Assembly (NCBI GenBank): GCA_001642005.1
Contig: LWCA01000145.1
Coordinates: forward strand, 1-47,564
Direction of reading: 5' to 3'
From: Intoshia linei
Lineage: Eukaryota > Animalia > Orthonectida
DNA: 47,564 bases
Positions 13,710 through 25,120 of the stretch are shown piece after piece. Below the pieces are notes generated by a model that was not told the DNA's origin, searched no databases, and worked only from the letters and a program-made list of their open reading frames with translations. Made by a program: the position numbers and the translations under genes. Each line of letters begins with the position of its first letter. Position 1 is the stretch's first letter.

Positions 13710-13750
13710 CACTAAACCATCAAGACAAACATAAAACTGCATAAGTAATT

Positions 13751-16289
13751 TTAATAAAAAAATATAAAAATAAACAGTATATAATATAAATTAAGTTTGG
13801 AGGGAAATGCGTTATTGAGATATAGTTTTTTTAAATAATCTCGTTTGCTGTATATATTTTTATATTCAATTGGATTATAAACATTTTCATTTATTTGTAT
13901 TTTAAATGTTTTAATTTCATAAAATCTTGATAAAATTTTTTCGTACAAATTGTTAACTTCATATGATGAATTGTAGTACTTCATAAAATATTGTTCCTTT
14001 TTTAATATCATGTAACTAAAATTGATATTATTAGAAATTATTTAATGTGTAAACATAACATCAGGGGCGGATTCAAGGGGTGCAGAAGGTCCAGTTGCAC
14101 CCCTAAATTTTTCAAAAAAAATTTTTTCATACATATATAATTAAATAATATATAATGTATACAAATATTTTTAGAAAAAATCAATTAGTACAAAATAGTG
14201 AATATGTTTATTACATTATTATAACAACAATTAAAAAAATGTTATCTTTTAATATTACTGGTTTTATTTTCGTTATAAATCATACTTTAATATAGTTGAC
14301 ACCCTAGTTACTAGGGCCTAATATACAAACAATTATAAATTTATAATTGTTCTTTTTTGTTTATATACGTTTTATTGTTTCTTAAGGGTTAATAACATTT
14401 AAATAATCCAAAATTAATCTGAATTTCAAAAATATATTAATTAAATATCAAATACTAAATCAAATTAATCTTAACGATTGTAATTTAATTTTAAATTTTT
14501 TCTTAAATCTGCAGAGCCCCTCAGACTCTGTAGGTCCCCCTGTTAGGACCAAACCCCATTTGGGAACCACTGCTCTAGATAGTTTTGATTATTTTTTTAA
14601 ATTCATGTTCACTAATTAATATTTAAATAATAATATAGTAAGTTGAAATATAGCTATATTTCATTATGAAATTTTCATATATACTATAGTATCAATATAT
14701 AACAATATTGTATCTAAAAACAATATGACGTTTAATTTAAATGCCATAAAATTAATATTTAATGGATATTTAGTAGCGTTCAGTGAACTAATGACAGGTT
14801 TGATTGTGAAAAGTACCTATTTTGCCATTTTATGGATTCTTTAGAATCGGTAAAAGAAAATTGAATAAAATTTTGCATAGTTTTCATTAGTTTCGTATAA
14901 TAAAATTTTAATTCATCAATTTTGGAACTTTGGATTGAAATATGATTTTCGTCTTGATTGATATCTTTATAATTTTTGTTCATTTCGCTCTGACTTATCT
15001 CTGGTAATATTCCATCATACTGAATGTTACATATTGTATATGTCTAAATAATTATATCCTACATTATTATGATATAATTATACCATGTATACAAAATTGG
15101 TAGCATACATTCGAGTTTGAATTATTTGATTGCTTAACACCCACCAAAGACTGTTGAGTATATTTGGAATAGAAATATCTTGATTAAATTGTATAATCTG
15201 GCTTATAAGGTTAACGAGATGTTGGAAACTATTATCACATTTTATTCCCATATTATGACAATCTATTATATTTGTTTTGATGAGTTTATTTTTCCCAGAA
15301 AATGTTATTACACAATCAATATTATTTTGATCTGTATTAACGCTTAAATAAGCATTGAAACAAGAATTTTCGTCATTTGATAAAATCTAAATCATTTACT
15401 TTGTTAATTTATTATGCCTGAAGCAATTATTAATAATATTATTGGAGCCATTATGTATGTGTTAATGGGATAAAATGTTTTGTAACGGTTAATGATTAAA
15501 AAATTACATTGAAATTTTTATCGTAAAATTTAAGAAAATCTTCAATAGAATAACGAGCAATTTTAATTGACCAAATGGCTTTAGCCAAATGTTGAATTGG
15601 TTTTTCAAAATTTACTGAATCAATATAATTTTCAAAAGATGAAGGATAGCATAATTTCGTATCAATATTTACACCATTTCCAAAGTATACTTCGAAATAT
15701 GATTTTAACACATTATTATATTGAATTTGAATAATTTTATTCAAAAATTTGTAAATCATATTTTCCATATCTGGAATTTTTGCATTACTGTCTATAATTT
15801 CATTTAATCTAAATTTTATTATTTTATATAAACATTTCGTTAAACTTTGTAAAAAAGTCATCGATCGCAGGTTTGACATGTGTTGATATATTGGGGTGGT
15901 AAATTTGAAACCTGTTAATATAATTTTCCTTTTCTAGAGTCAATATTTCCATATTTGTATCTATAAAAAATTGTAAAAGATTAACAGGTTTAATTGCTTT
16001 GCAAATGTTGTGATATTTTCAAAGTTTTTTTGATAACTTTTTTCATTTTCAAATTGACAAAATGCAATAGTTCGATATTTTCGTATTGGGTGATGCCTAC
16101 AATATTTAAATTTTCAGAACATACGGAATCTATTGAAAAAAATTATTTATATTATACATTTATATTACAATTGTGCGCCAAAATATCCTCCATTAAAATG
16201 TTGCAATTGTGCTGAGATAATCGAAATCCGGTTTTAAATTTGTGTGCCACATTTTCAGTCAACATAAAAAAAACAAAAATAAAAAACAT
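13751..16289 (-). CDS. Secreted, probably GPI-anchored protein; divergent glypican-like (about 7 exons)
   Basis: Hydrophobic N-terminus MFFIFVFFML; C-terminus NNAFPSKLNLYYILFIFIFFY*; segments AIDDFFTKLNEIIDSNAKIPDMENMIYKFLNKII, LAKAIWSIKIARYSIEDFL and LSNDENSCFNAYLSV resemble glypican helices in the expected order. Confidence 0.55.
14062..14572. mobile_element. hAT-type MITE fragments in an intron of the glypican-like gene
   Basis: Left end CAGGGGCGGATTCAAGGGG at 14062; unrelated Charlie-like right end TTTGGGAACCACTG|CTCTAGAT ending at 14572. Confidence 0.45.
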
Positions 16290-16654
16290 TTGATTAATGA
16301 ATAATTTTGAATTTTCAAATTGAAAATAGAGTTAATGTATGGATGAAACTATCAAAGACTTGTTTCAATTTTTTCAATAGGTCTAGCTATTTATAGACTT
16401 TGGTATAGACATCGAGGCGGCACACTTTGTCATAATAAAATAAAAGGTAATTTATACACTATCTGATGCTTTTAGATAACATTAAATTTAACTAGACCAA
16501 TTTACAACGTATACAAATTATTTATTTACTAAATCACTAAATTCAATAAAATGCAAATCCAGTTATAAATGAATTTTAACAATTATCAAGTAAACAATGT
16601 GTACTACACATGTATATCATGATATACATATTCTCTTTATATGTATATGATATC

Positions 16655-17090
16655 ATATCTATTATGACTTTTTGCTATGCATCGATTGACCAACTACAGT
16701 GATCGGAGCAGAAGCTTAAACGGTTAGAAAATTTTTTCACAGAAAGCCTGGGCCTTTGGGTAACTGCATAACATTTTATTCCGTTTTTTATCAGTCTCCT
16801 ACGAACGGTGCTGTTGTTTGCATCTATGGTCCATTGAGTTTTTCATTGAGATAAATTCATTTGAGGTTGAATTTGGTATAATCTAATAAGATTTCTGTCG
16901 TTGCAGATATCAGATAACCTCCTTCGACCAGTTCTCCCACTTATTTCTATTTTATCGGAGCCGTTTCAGGGTTTTAGAAATGGTTATTTAGGGCCGACCC
17001 ACTTGTTTACCAATTTCACGCAATGATTTTCCTTCTTCGTATAAATTTAATATTAAAATTTGTTCTTGATGATTTAATTCTCTGTTTTGA
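16655..17090 (-). pseudogene. Tc1-family transposase remnant (HTH domains up to just before the first catalytic Asp)
   Basis: LYEEGKSLREIGKQVGRP*ITISKTLKR..STVRRRLIKNGIKCYAVTQRPRLS..RLSFCSDHCSWSIDA*QKVI, with stops and frameshifts. Confidence 0.8.
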
Positions 17091-17281
17091 AAAGAATCAG
17101 ATGAAATCTATAAATTTAATTATGAATTATTTTAAATTTATGATGGTGTTGACATATTTTTGAATGTTACTGTATGTATAAAATTGTATCTTGATATATT
17201 TTCAACATTTAAGGTAAATATAAACAATTTATTTTTTATATACAATATGAAGGTGGGATATTTGGATGTGATAAAAAGAAA

Positions 17282-18450
17282 TTAAATGGGTTTGCTGTTT
17301 TCTGTAGTTTTAGGAATTTTTCCATTGATTTTGGTGGTACTTTTTTTCATTTTTATTGATTCTTTTTGTCGAAAATTCATTAAATTTACATTATGTTTCT
17401 GTAAATAAAATTTAAAAAATAAAAGCATTGCAATAATTACATTTTGTTCTTCAGGAGAGACAGTCCTCAAATATTTTTCAACGTTTAGTGAAAAAACTAA
17501 AACAAGTCGATTGGTCACTTCTGCATTCAATTAAAAATAATAACATTTAACATTACCGTCAATATTCCACATGTCGTAATCTTCTCGCATTTCTTTTAAT
17601 CTCAAAGGTACTTGATCAATAGGAAACTATATTTCATTAACATTATAATAAAAGTAAGTACATCAAATGCCATCCATTGACGAGACAAGTTTAAACAAGC
17701 ACAAGAAATTTCTGGTGTTGTGTATTCGATACACATTGTAGTTTGCAACATCCTAACATATAAATTAAACAGATTACATGACTAGTGAACGAATTTGTAG
17801 CAATCACATAAGCCAAACAAAATAAATTATCATATTTTTTGTCATAAGTATCCGTTTTAATCATTTGATTTTTTAAAGACAATACAAAAGTGTTTGGATG
17901 TGATATAATTATATCGTAGGCTAAATTGAAAGTTTTTAAAGTTTCTACACTTTTATTACACAAATTTAAAAGTAAAATTTCTTCGGCAGCAAGAACATTT
18001 CTCTTTTCAATTTCTACTTTCTAATATTTCATTTATTTTTATACAAATCAAAATTACTCCATTGTTGAGGTGCGTTAGTTTCTTTTTTACTGAAATTATA
18101 TCATCCAATCTGCGTATATTTTCTTCTACTTTTGAAGATAACAGTAATGAAGCACATGCAAATGCCTACATTAATATAGACATATATAATACGTATTACG
18201 AATCGATCAAATTTTTTAAATGATTGAACAGCATAAAATCTATGAAAATATGTTATTGCTGTATTTACTGACAATTGAGACCTAATATAATTAAAATAGT
18301 GATTGAAATTATTTACATCTTCAGAAGTTCTCCCATTTCTTGTATTAAATGTGCAGATTGTTGTCTATAATACATTTCTTTTAAATAATTTACTCCGTCT
18401 ATACGACTGGGACTAGTTTCTTCAATATTTTTGCAAATGTTCCATTTCAT
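17282..18450 (-). CDS. CCNT1: Cyclin T (P-TEFb cyclin), short form, multi-exon
   Basis: MKWN..SPSRIDGVNYLKEMYYRQQSAHLIQEMG..SQLSVNTAITYFHRFYAVQSF..ASLLLSSKVEENIRRL..IISHPNTFV..AYVIATNS..TTMCIEY. Confidence 0.88.
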
Positions 18451-18877
18451 ATTGATTAGTTACAAACTTTGAAAATTTTAATAAAATTATTTTTAAATTA
18501 AATTGTTGTTAGGGATATTTATCATAAATTGGAATTTCCAATTAACCAAAATTGAATTGAAATTTAAATTTGTCTAATGATTAGATGAATTTATATAAAC
18601 TGCTAATGGATGTCATTTTATTACTCCCAATTTATGAGTCACAAACAAAAAATTATGAACTTACTCCTATGACTACTTTATAAGACGCATAAACCGGCCC
18701 AAGAATAATAATTAATTTTGTAGTAGACAACGATTAGTAGCATTTATTACTGTGTTACCCAGGAATCACATAAAATTGAATATTTTTCATTTTAACTTCT
18801 TTATTTATTAGTCATTTCTATAGTTTTTTTTCTAACGTATTTAGAATTTAATTTTACAAAAACCAAATTATTACATT
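18451..18877. promoter_or_regulatory. Putative bidirectional promoter between cyclin T and DDX3
   Basis: 427 bp between divergent ATGs (18450 and 18878); no recognisable TE. Confidence 0.5.
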
Positions 18878-20789
18878 ATGAACCAATTCGTCGATGATGA
18901 TGTTAACGATGACGTAATATTACATGTATACCTTAATATAATATATACATTAGTTTTCCAAATTAAACATTGACGAAAAGACAATATATAATCAACCACG
19001 TGCTAACGAAAATGGTAATTTAGTTTTTTAAGTAATAATAGTCATGCTAGATCGAAATAAGAATTTTCAGAGAGGATTTAATTCAAATTTTAACAAGCAA
19101 TACGATGACTACGGAAACAGAAACAATCGTGGCAGATGGAACAATTCGAGATATCAAAAAAATTACCGAAATTATGGGTCTAATTCGTCCAACGATAAAC
19201 CTATAAATCACGGGTTCGATGAAGCTCATAAATTTAGTGTAAACAAATATAAAAATAATTACAGGGATAATAGGAATAATAATGATAGTAGAGGTTTTGA
19301 TCAAAGACCAAATAATCATATTTCTAGCAACGAACCCGTTATGACACCTGAAGATCCAGAGTTGGAACGTGAACTTTTTACAAATGAAAATGTGGGAATT
19401 AACTTTGGGAAATATGACGATATTCCTGTTAAAATTTCTGGAAATAATGTGCCAAAACCATTGGATGACTTTGAAAGTATTCAATTGGGACCAATTTTGA
19501 ATAATAATATACGTTTATGTAAATATACGATCCCAACCCCTGTGCAAAAATATGCAATTCCAACTTTAAAAAGTGGCCGAGATATCATGGCATGTGCTCA
19601 AACTGGTTCTGGTAAAACTGCGTCATTTTTGATACCTATTCTATACAAATTAAGCATGTTACCTGAAATGATTAATAGGTATAAGCGAAAGCGTGGTCCA
19701 CAAAATCCTTTTGCTCTAGTTTTGGCTCCTACAAGAGAATTGGCTATTCAGATTTACGAAGAAGCCAGAAAAGTAACTTATCGTTCTCAGGTAAAACCAG
19801 TGGTTATTTATGGAGGTGCTTCACAATATGATCAATCACGTCAGCTTTCAGAAGGTGCAGATTTGATTATTGCCACACCAGGTAGATTGATTGATTTTAT
19901 TAACAGGCATAAGATATACCTTAATCGAATAAAATGTCTTTGCTTGGATGAAGCTGATAGAATGCTTGACATGGGCTTTGAGCCACAAATTCGTGAAATT
20001 ATCGAAGCATCTCAAATGCCTGGAACTGGGATGAGACAAACAATGATGTTTTCGGCTACATTTCCTAAAGAAATTCAAGAAATGGCTTCACGTTATTTAA
20101 ATGATTATGTTTACTTAACTGTAGGACGTGTGGGAAGTACAACAGACAACATTAAACAAGAACTTGTGTGGGTAGAAGATGAAAATAAATTGGAAAAATT
20201 GATGGAGTATTTACCTAGTGCCAAAGACAAGGAACTTATGCTGGTGTTTGTAGAAATGAAAAGAGGAGCTGACTTTTTAGAATACACGTTGTTTAAAAGA
20301 AAGTATCCTGTAGTTGCTCTACACGGCGATAAATGTCAAGCTGAAAGGGAATTAGCTTTACGAAAATTTAAATCTGGTCAATTTCCTGTTATGATAGCCA
20401 CTGCTGTCGCCGCTAGAGGTTTAGATATTCCAAACGTACGGTATGTTATAAATTATGATTTACCCAGCGATATTCAAGAATATGTCCACAGAATCGGAAG
20501 AACTGGTAGAGTTGGTAATTTAGGAACAGCTATATCGTTTTTTAACAAAAAAAATGGAAATATCGCCGATGGTCTAACAAAACTATTAAATGAAAACAAT
20601 CAGGAACTTCCTATGTGGATATCGGATGTAGTTGATAGTAATCGGTTTAAAGCTGGATTTAAAAATAGAAAATATCAAAATTCTCGTTTTGGAAATAATG
20701 ACTTTAGAAAACAAAATGGAAACAATAACATAAATAGTAATAATGGATGGAACAGAAATCCCTCGGTGTCCTGGTGGAACAACGAGTGA
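18878..20789 (+). CDS. DDX3X: DEAD-box RNA helicase DDX3/PL10/Ded1
   Basis: GINFGKYDDIPV, PTPVQKY, AQTGSGKT, PTRELA, DEAD, SAT, HRIGRTGRVG, C-terminal SWWN; two short 5' exons (introns 18914-18953 and 19015-19050) add MNQF..FSKLNI (NES-like). Confidence 0.95.
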
Positions 20790-21025
20790 AGGACCAAAAA
20801 TTATTTACTTATAATGCACATTATATTTTCAAAAATAGTATTAACTAGAAAATTATATATCTAAACTTTGTGTATAAATAACTACCTGTACCATTACAGT
20901 TACTTCTACTATGTGTAGTAATTTATTTTTGACTAGTCTAATATTTAGACTACAATTATCTAGTTATATTTTAATTTTATAATGTGGAATTAAATAATTT
21001 TTATTAACTACAGTTTATCCTGGTT

Positions 21026-23301
21026 TCATGGAGAAGATTTTGACAATTTTCGTATTTCGTCCTTTAGCGCCATGTTTTCCATGTATAATTTAGAAAATTC
21101 GTTAATTATTGACCTTTCGTAGTTTTCCACTTTCTTCAATACTTGTGTCAATATTTTACAATTTTTGTTAAATTTGTACTAAATGTTTTGAAATATAATA
21201 CTAATATCATTAATACCTTGTAATCCATTAAAATTTTTGTCATTTTCTGTATCCTTTCATCATATATATTGTTTATCTGGAGAACTGCAATATCTACCTA
21301 AATGTTGTACATGGCGATGGTAAAGTGAATAAAGCTACAGGCAGGGGAGAAAAGATTTAGATTGTATCTGTAAATTAAACTATTTATAGTTTTGGGTTCA
21401 TTATCAGAAATTAAAAACTAAAATAAATGAGCTAGTATTTAATTTAAAAAAATGATCTACCCAACATGGTAAATCCATCAAATAAAAACTAATTATATTC
21501 AATTTCCAATTATAACTAAATGTTTTATTGTATATGTATCTTAACATTTTTGTATCAATTTCAATAATTACATTTGAGGCGGTAAATTTTACCGATCTAC
21601 CAATATTTTTTCATAAATACTTAAAATCAAAAAAGGCATTCACGTGCAAAATGGGGTTTTCCAATAAAAAAGTATGGACACCCAAACATACATTTTTAGC
21701 TGGTTATGAAGTCATAAATAATTATGAACGTTTGGACAAAGGAATATAAACTAAACAATAGTAGCATTTACAAATTAAATATCTTAACCAGGGCCGTGTA
21801 GAGGGGAAAATGGCCTGGTCTACAATCACGAGGGACTACTTTTTAAATTTCAATAACAAATGCTATTTTTAATTTATGGATTATGAACTATCGATTAAGC
21901 CAGGGGTGGCCAACTTATTGGCGCATTGGCAATTTTGATAAATTTAAATTGTAATTAAGATTGATTATCTTTCAGTAATCCGTGGCAATGGAGAAATAAC
22001 CTGAACACTTTCCGAATATATTGGAAAATCCGTTCACCTTATATTAGTTAATCTTTAATTAACAAGATAATTCTAATCATTGCTTTACCGGCACTTTTCT
22101 AATCTTTATTCACTTAATAATTAATGATTTATATTGCTCTGATTGAAAAATTTAAATCCAATCATTGGAAAACTGGCAAGATCAAAACAACCCTAAAAGT
22201 CTCATTAATTAAGGACCATTACACCATATATATTTAGATTGTAAAAAAATTAAAATAGATTATATTTCTATCAGTAGCCGGAGTTTTACAAAAATTTTTG
22301 GCGCATCTGAGATCTCATGATAAAAATGTGGCGCATGGTATATAAAAGGTTGACCACTTCTAAATTAACCAATGCATAGAGGTTCCATTTTTTATATGAC
22401 CCTACTATTTCCTTCTGGCACTGCCCTGCCTAGAACTACCATCGGTCCAAGCAATTTATTAAAAAGTAATCAAAATTTTGCTTGTAATTTTAGTATAAAT
22501 GTGTCATTATTGTATAGCTATCGCAAAAATAAACGTGACCGGTCACACTTATAAACAGGCTACGGTAGACAGTGGAATTTTTATTTTATGTATTAAAAAT
22601 ATCCTTACTTTTGATTTATGAAATGGACCATCTGGTATAATATATTTTTGAGAGGTTAGTTGAGATATTTCAAAACTGAGTCGACTAATCATGACGCGTA
22701 ATTTGCCGTTCTCGTTGTGAAGTTGTTGGAAAACTATTTTTTCGTTTTTATTCGTTTGTGGAACTAATATTCCGTCAAAACAATCCAAACATAATTTCAA
22801 AGTCTGATACATAATATCGGATACTTCATTTATATTTGAATTCGTATCAGTATCAAAGAGGTGTTTTTCATAGCGTTTAATGGCGTTTTCTAAATAACTG
22901 TAAATTTTAGATTGATTTATATTTTCATTGTTTGGTTCTACATTGCAAGGTTCTGCGATCAGAGTATGTTGGTTCAAATCCTAATTAAAATTGAATCTAT
23001 TATCTTGTAAATTTTACATGCATATTAGTTTCAGCGTAATCATATATTGTGGTGTCACTATCATATATACTTTCAATTTTTTCTTTAATTTCTTGGAAAG
23101 AGATCGCTTTTAGAAAACTGGTATTTAAGGATTGAGGTTCTTCGCCTCGTTTAGATTCTACACCTGTAAACTTTCTACGGTCAATCATATTTGGTAGTCC
23201 AATGAATGCACTCGCTTTAGGAGTTAGTGCTGCAGCTATGTGTTTCTAAATATCAGTTATTTCATTTATTGGACAAAATTTACAAATTTAGATTTTTTCA
23301 T
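21026..23301 (-). CDS. Uncharacterised coiled-coil protein, about 5 exons
   Basis: ATG 23301; ORFs 23000-23188 and 22549-22977 join through short GT-AG introns; a 1.3-kb MITE-containing intron (about 21298-22607); last exons end YMENMALKDEIRKLSKSSP* (TGA 21026-21028). Confidence 0.65.
21789..22428. mobile_element. hAT-like MITE with CAGGGC TIRs enclosing family A copy 2
   Basis: Left CAGGGCCGTGTAGAGGGGAAAA versus reverse complement of the right end CAGGGCAGTGCCAGAAGGAAA; TSD not convincing. Confidence 0.5.
21901..22362 (-). mobile_element. hAT MITE family A, copy 2 (inverted)
   Basis: CAGGGGTGGCCAAC..GGTTGACCACTTCTA; TSD GATTAAGC / AATTAACC; reverse complement of 29549-30067. Confidence 0.85.
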
Positions 23302-24440
23302 GAAAATATACTGTATTTATCGTTTCCTAGATTTTTTATGTATTATTATTTTCTGAATTTTTATATTTATGTTTTAAGACGTATCACTATTATTATAAAT
23401 AATCAATACAATTTATTATGATTACTTACATAATTTTTATATATTCTAATTAGTGATATGACGATTCCAAATTTAAAATCTTAATTACAAATGTAACAGA
23501 ACTCAAACTAATTATACTTATAGCTATTTTTTCAAATCTTTGTAAAAACTTAATTTTAATCATATACAATTTTATTCATATAAATTATAGTGAAAAAAAG
23601 CAATTCACTACAAGTATTATTTGGTTTAATTTTATTTCTTTTAGATCTAATCACTACAACTGAAAATTGTTTGACTTTCCATTGACGGCAGTGTAGAAAA
23701 TATTTTTTTGAAACAAGTATAAGAAGAATTGAAAAAGTGGGTCATTAATGACGATAGGTGTTTTTGAAAATTTCACTTAAGTTTATTTTTAACTTCATTG
23801 ATTTATTTACAGTCAGCGACAACTAGTATGCTAGGAAAAATAAAATCTTTAATACTCAATATAAATTCCATTTAAAAAAAACGGATTTGAGTTAAAAAAG
23901 ACAGCACAAATATTGTTGTCATTTAGGTTGGGACACATTTACCTAAAAAAGTAAATTAAAGCTAAAGTTCAACTTTATTTTTACTACCATATAAACTCAA
24001 TTATTGTAAAATATGAAAATATTTGTATTTTGTCAATTAATTTAAAATTTCTACCCATTGATATTTGTTGGTATTATGTAAATATAAGCAGCGCAAATAG
24101 TGACAACCTAACATTTACTATAATTAATTGTAGAATATAATTTTTTTAAATTTTAAAAAAAAGCCATTTGACCTTTCATATTCAGACGATACTTGATTAT
24201 TTGTATTAATATAAATGGATATACTGTGGGGTGTGAATCTGATACTTCATTTGTTTTTAGAGTTAGTTCAAATGATATTAAAAAAATTAATTGAATCTGT
24301 ATTTAGATTGGATCGTTTTAAGAATTTCTATTTTTATACAATTTATAGCCTTTATTGTAAATTTATATACATTATTATTTCATTAGCAAACGTTTAAACA
24401 TTTAATAGTAGTAGTAATAATGGTAGAGATTGAGTATGAA

Positions 24441-25120
24441 TTATGGCAGAAAAATATCAATAGTATCCTGCAACATTTCAGCTTCATTCTGTAGTCCATT
24501 GTCAATTATAGCAGCAATGAAACAGTCTTTGCCCCTTAAATTGAATGCGTGGTTCGATATAATCATGGTATTTCGGGTCGTATATGGAATCATCATATCT
24601 ATTATAATTTACATGGATGTAACCTTCATCCATGTAAATTTTTACCTTATGTAGAGATGACATATAATCTACTAGAAATTTATCACGTAATAATTGTACA
24701 TGATGGGTTAGGCATAGCGAATGTTTGGATTTACGTGTACCCCATTTATATCCATTCTTCTTTAAAAATCTCTGTGTTTTTCGTAAATTATATTTAACCT
24801 GTATTTCGTCGTTTTTATCAAATGTTAAATACCCTTTGTTTCAAAACAAATACATAACATCTTTAACAGTAGTCCTAGTGCGAGATAAACGACTTTCACG
24901 CAAAAATAACCTTACATCAATTATTATATGAGAACCAAATAAATTACCAATAATGTCATCTCTTTTCCAACTATGTGCTACGGAAATAGGAATATCATTG
25001 ATATATTGATTCCATACTTCCAGACATATTTGATATCTTATATTTAAAAGATGGGATGTTCTACGTACAGGGTCTATATTTTTTTGTTTTCTTTCGTAAT
25101 GTAAATTGTGAATAACAGAA
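24441..25120 (-). pseudogene. Decayed IS630/Tc1/mariner-group transposase of an unusual (Sailor-like or oomycete-like) type
   Basis: About 225 codons: VRLFLRESRLSRTRTTVKDVM..LRKTQRFLKKNGYKWGTRK..LRDKFL..KIYMDEGYIHVNYNRYDDSIYDP..KGQR/CFIAAIID; one TGA (24841-24843) and one frameshift (about 24526); no introns. Confidence 0.7.

Noticed and set aside
19083-20078. Minus-strand ORFs inside DDX3
   Set aside because: Antisense shadows with no recognisable motifs
18878-20789. Vasa/DDX4 identity
   Set aside because: Lacks RGG repeats and an acidic EEW tail; the WW C-terminus and NES-like FSKLNI fit DDX3/PL10
24430-24931. Three overlapping plus-strand ORFs
   Set aside because: Shadows of the minus-strand transposase fossil
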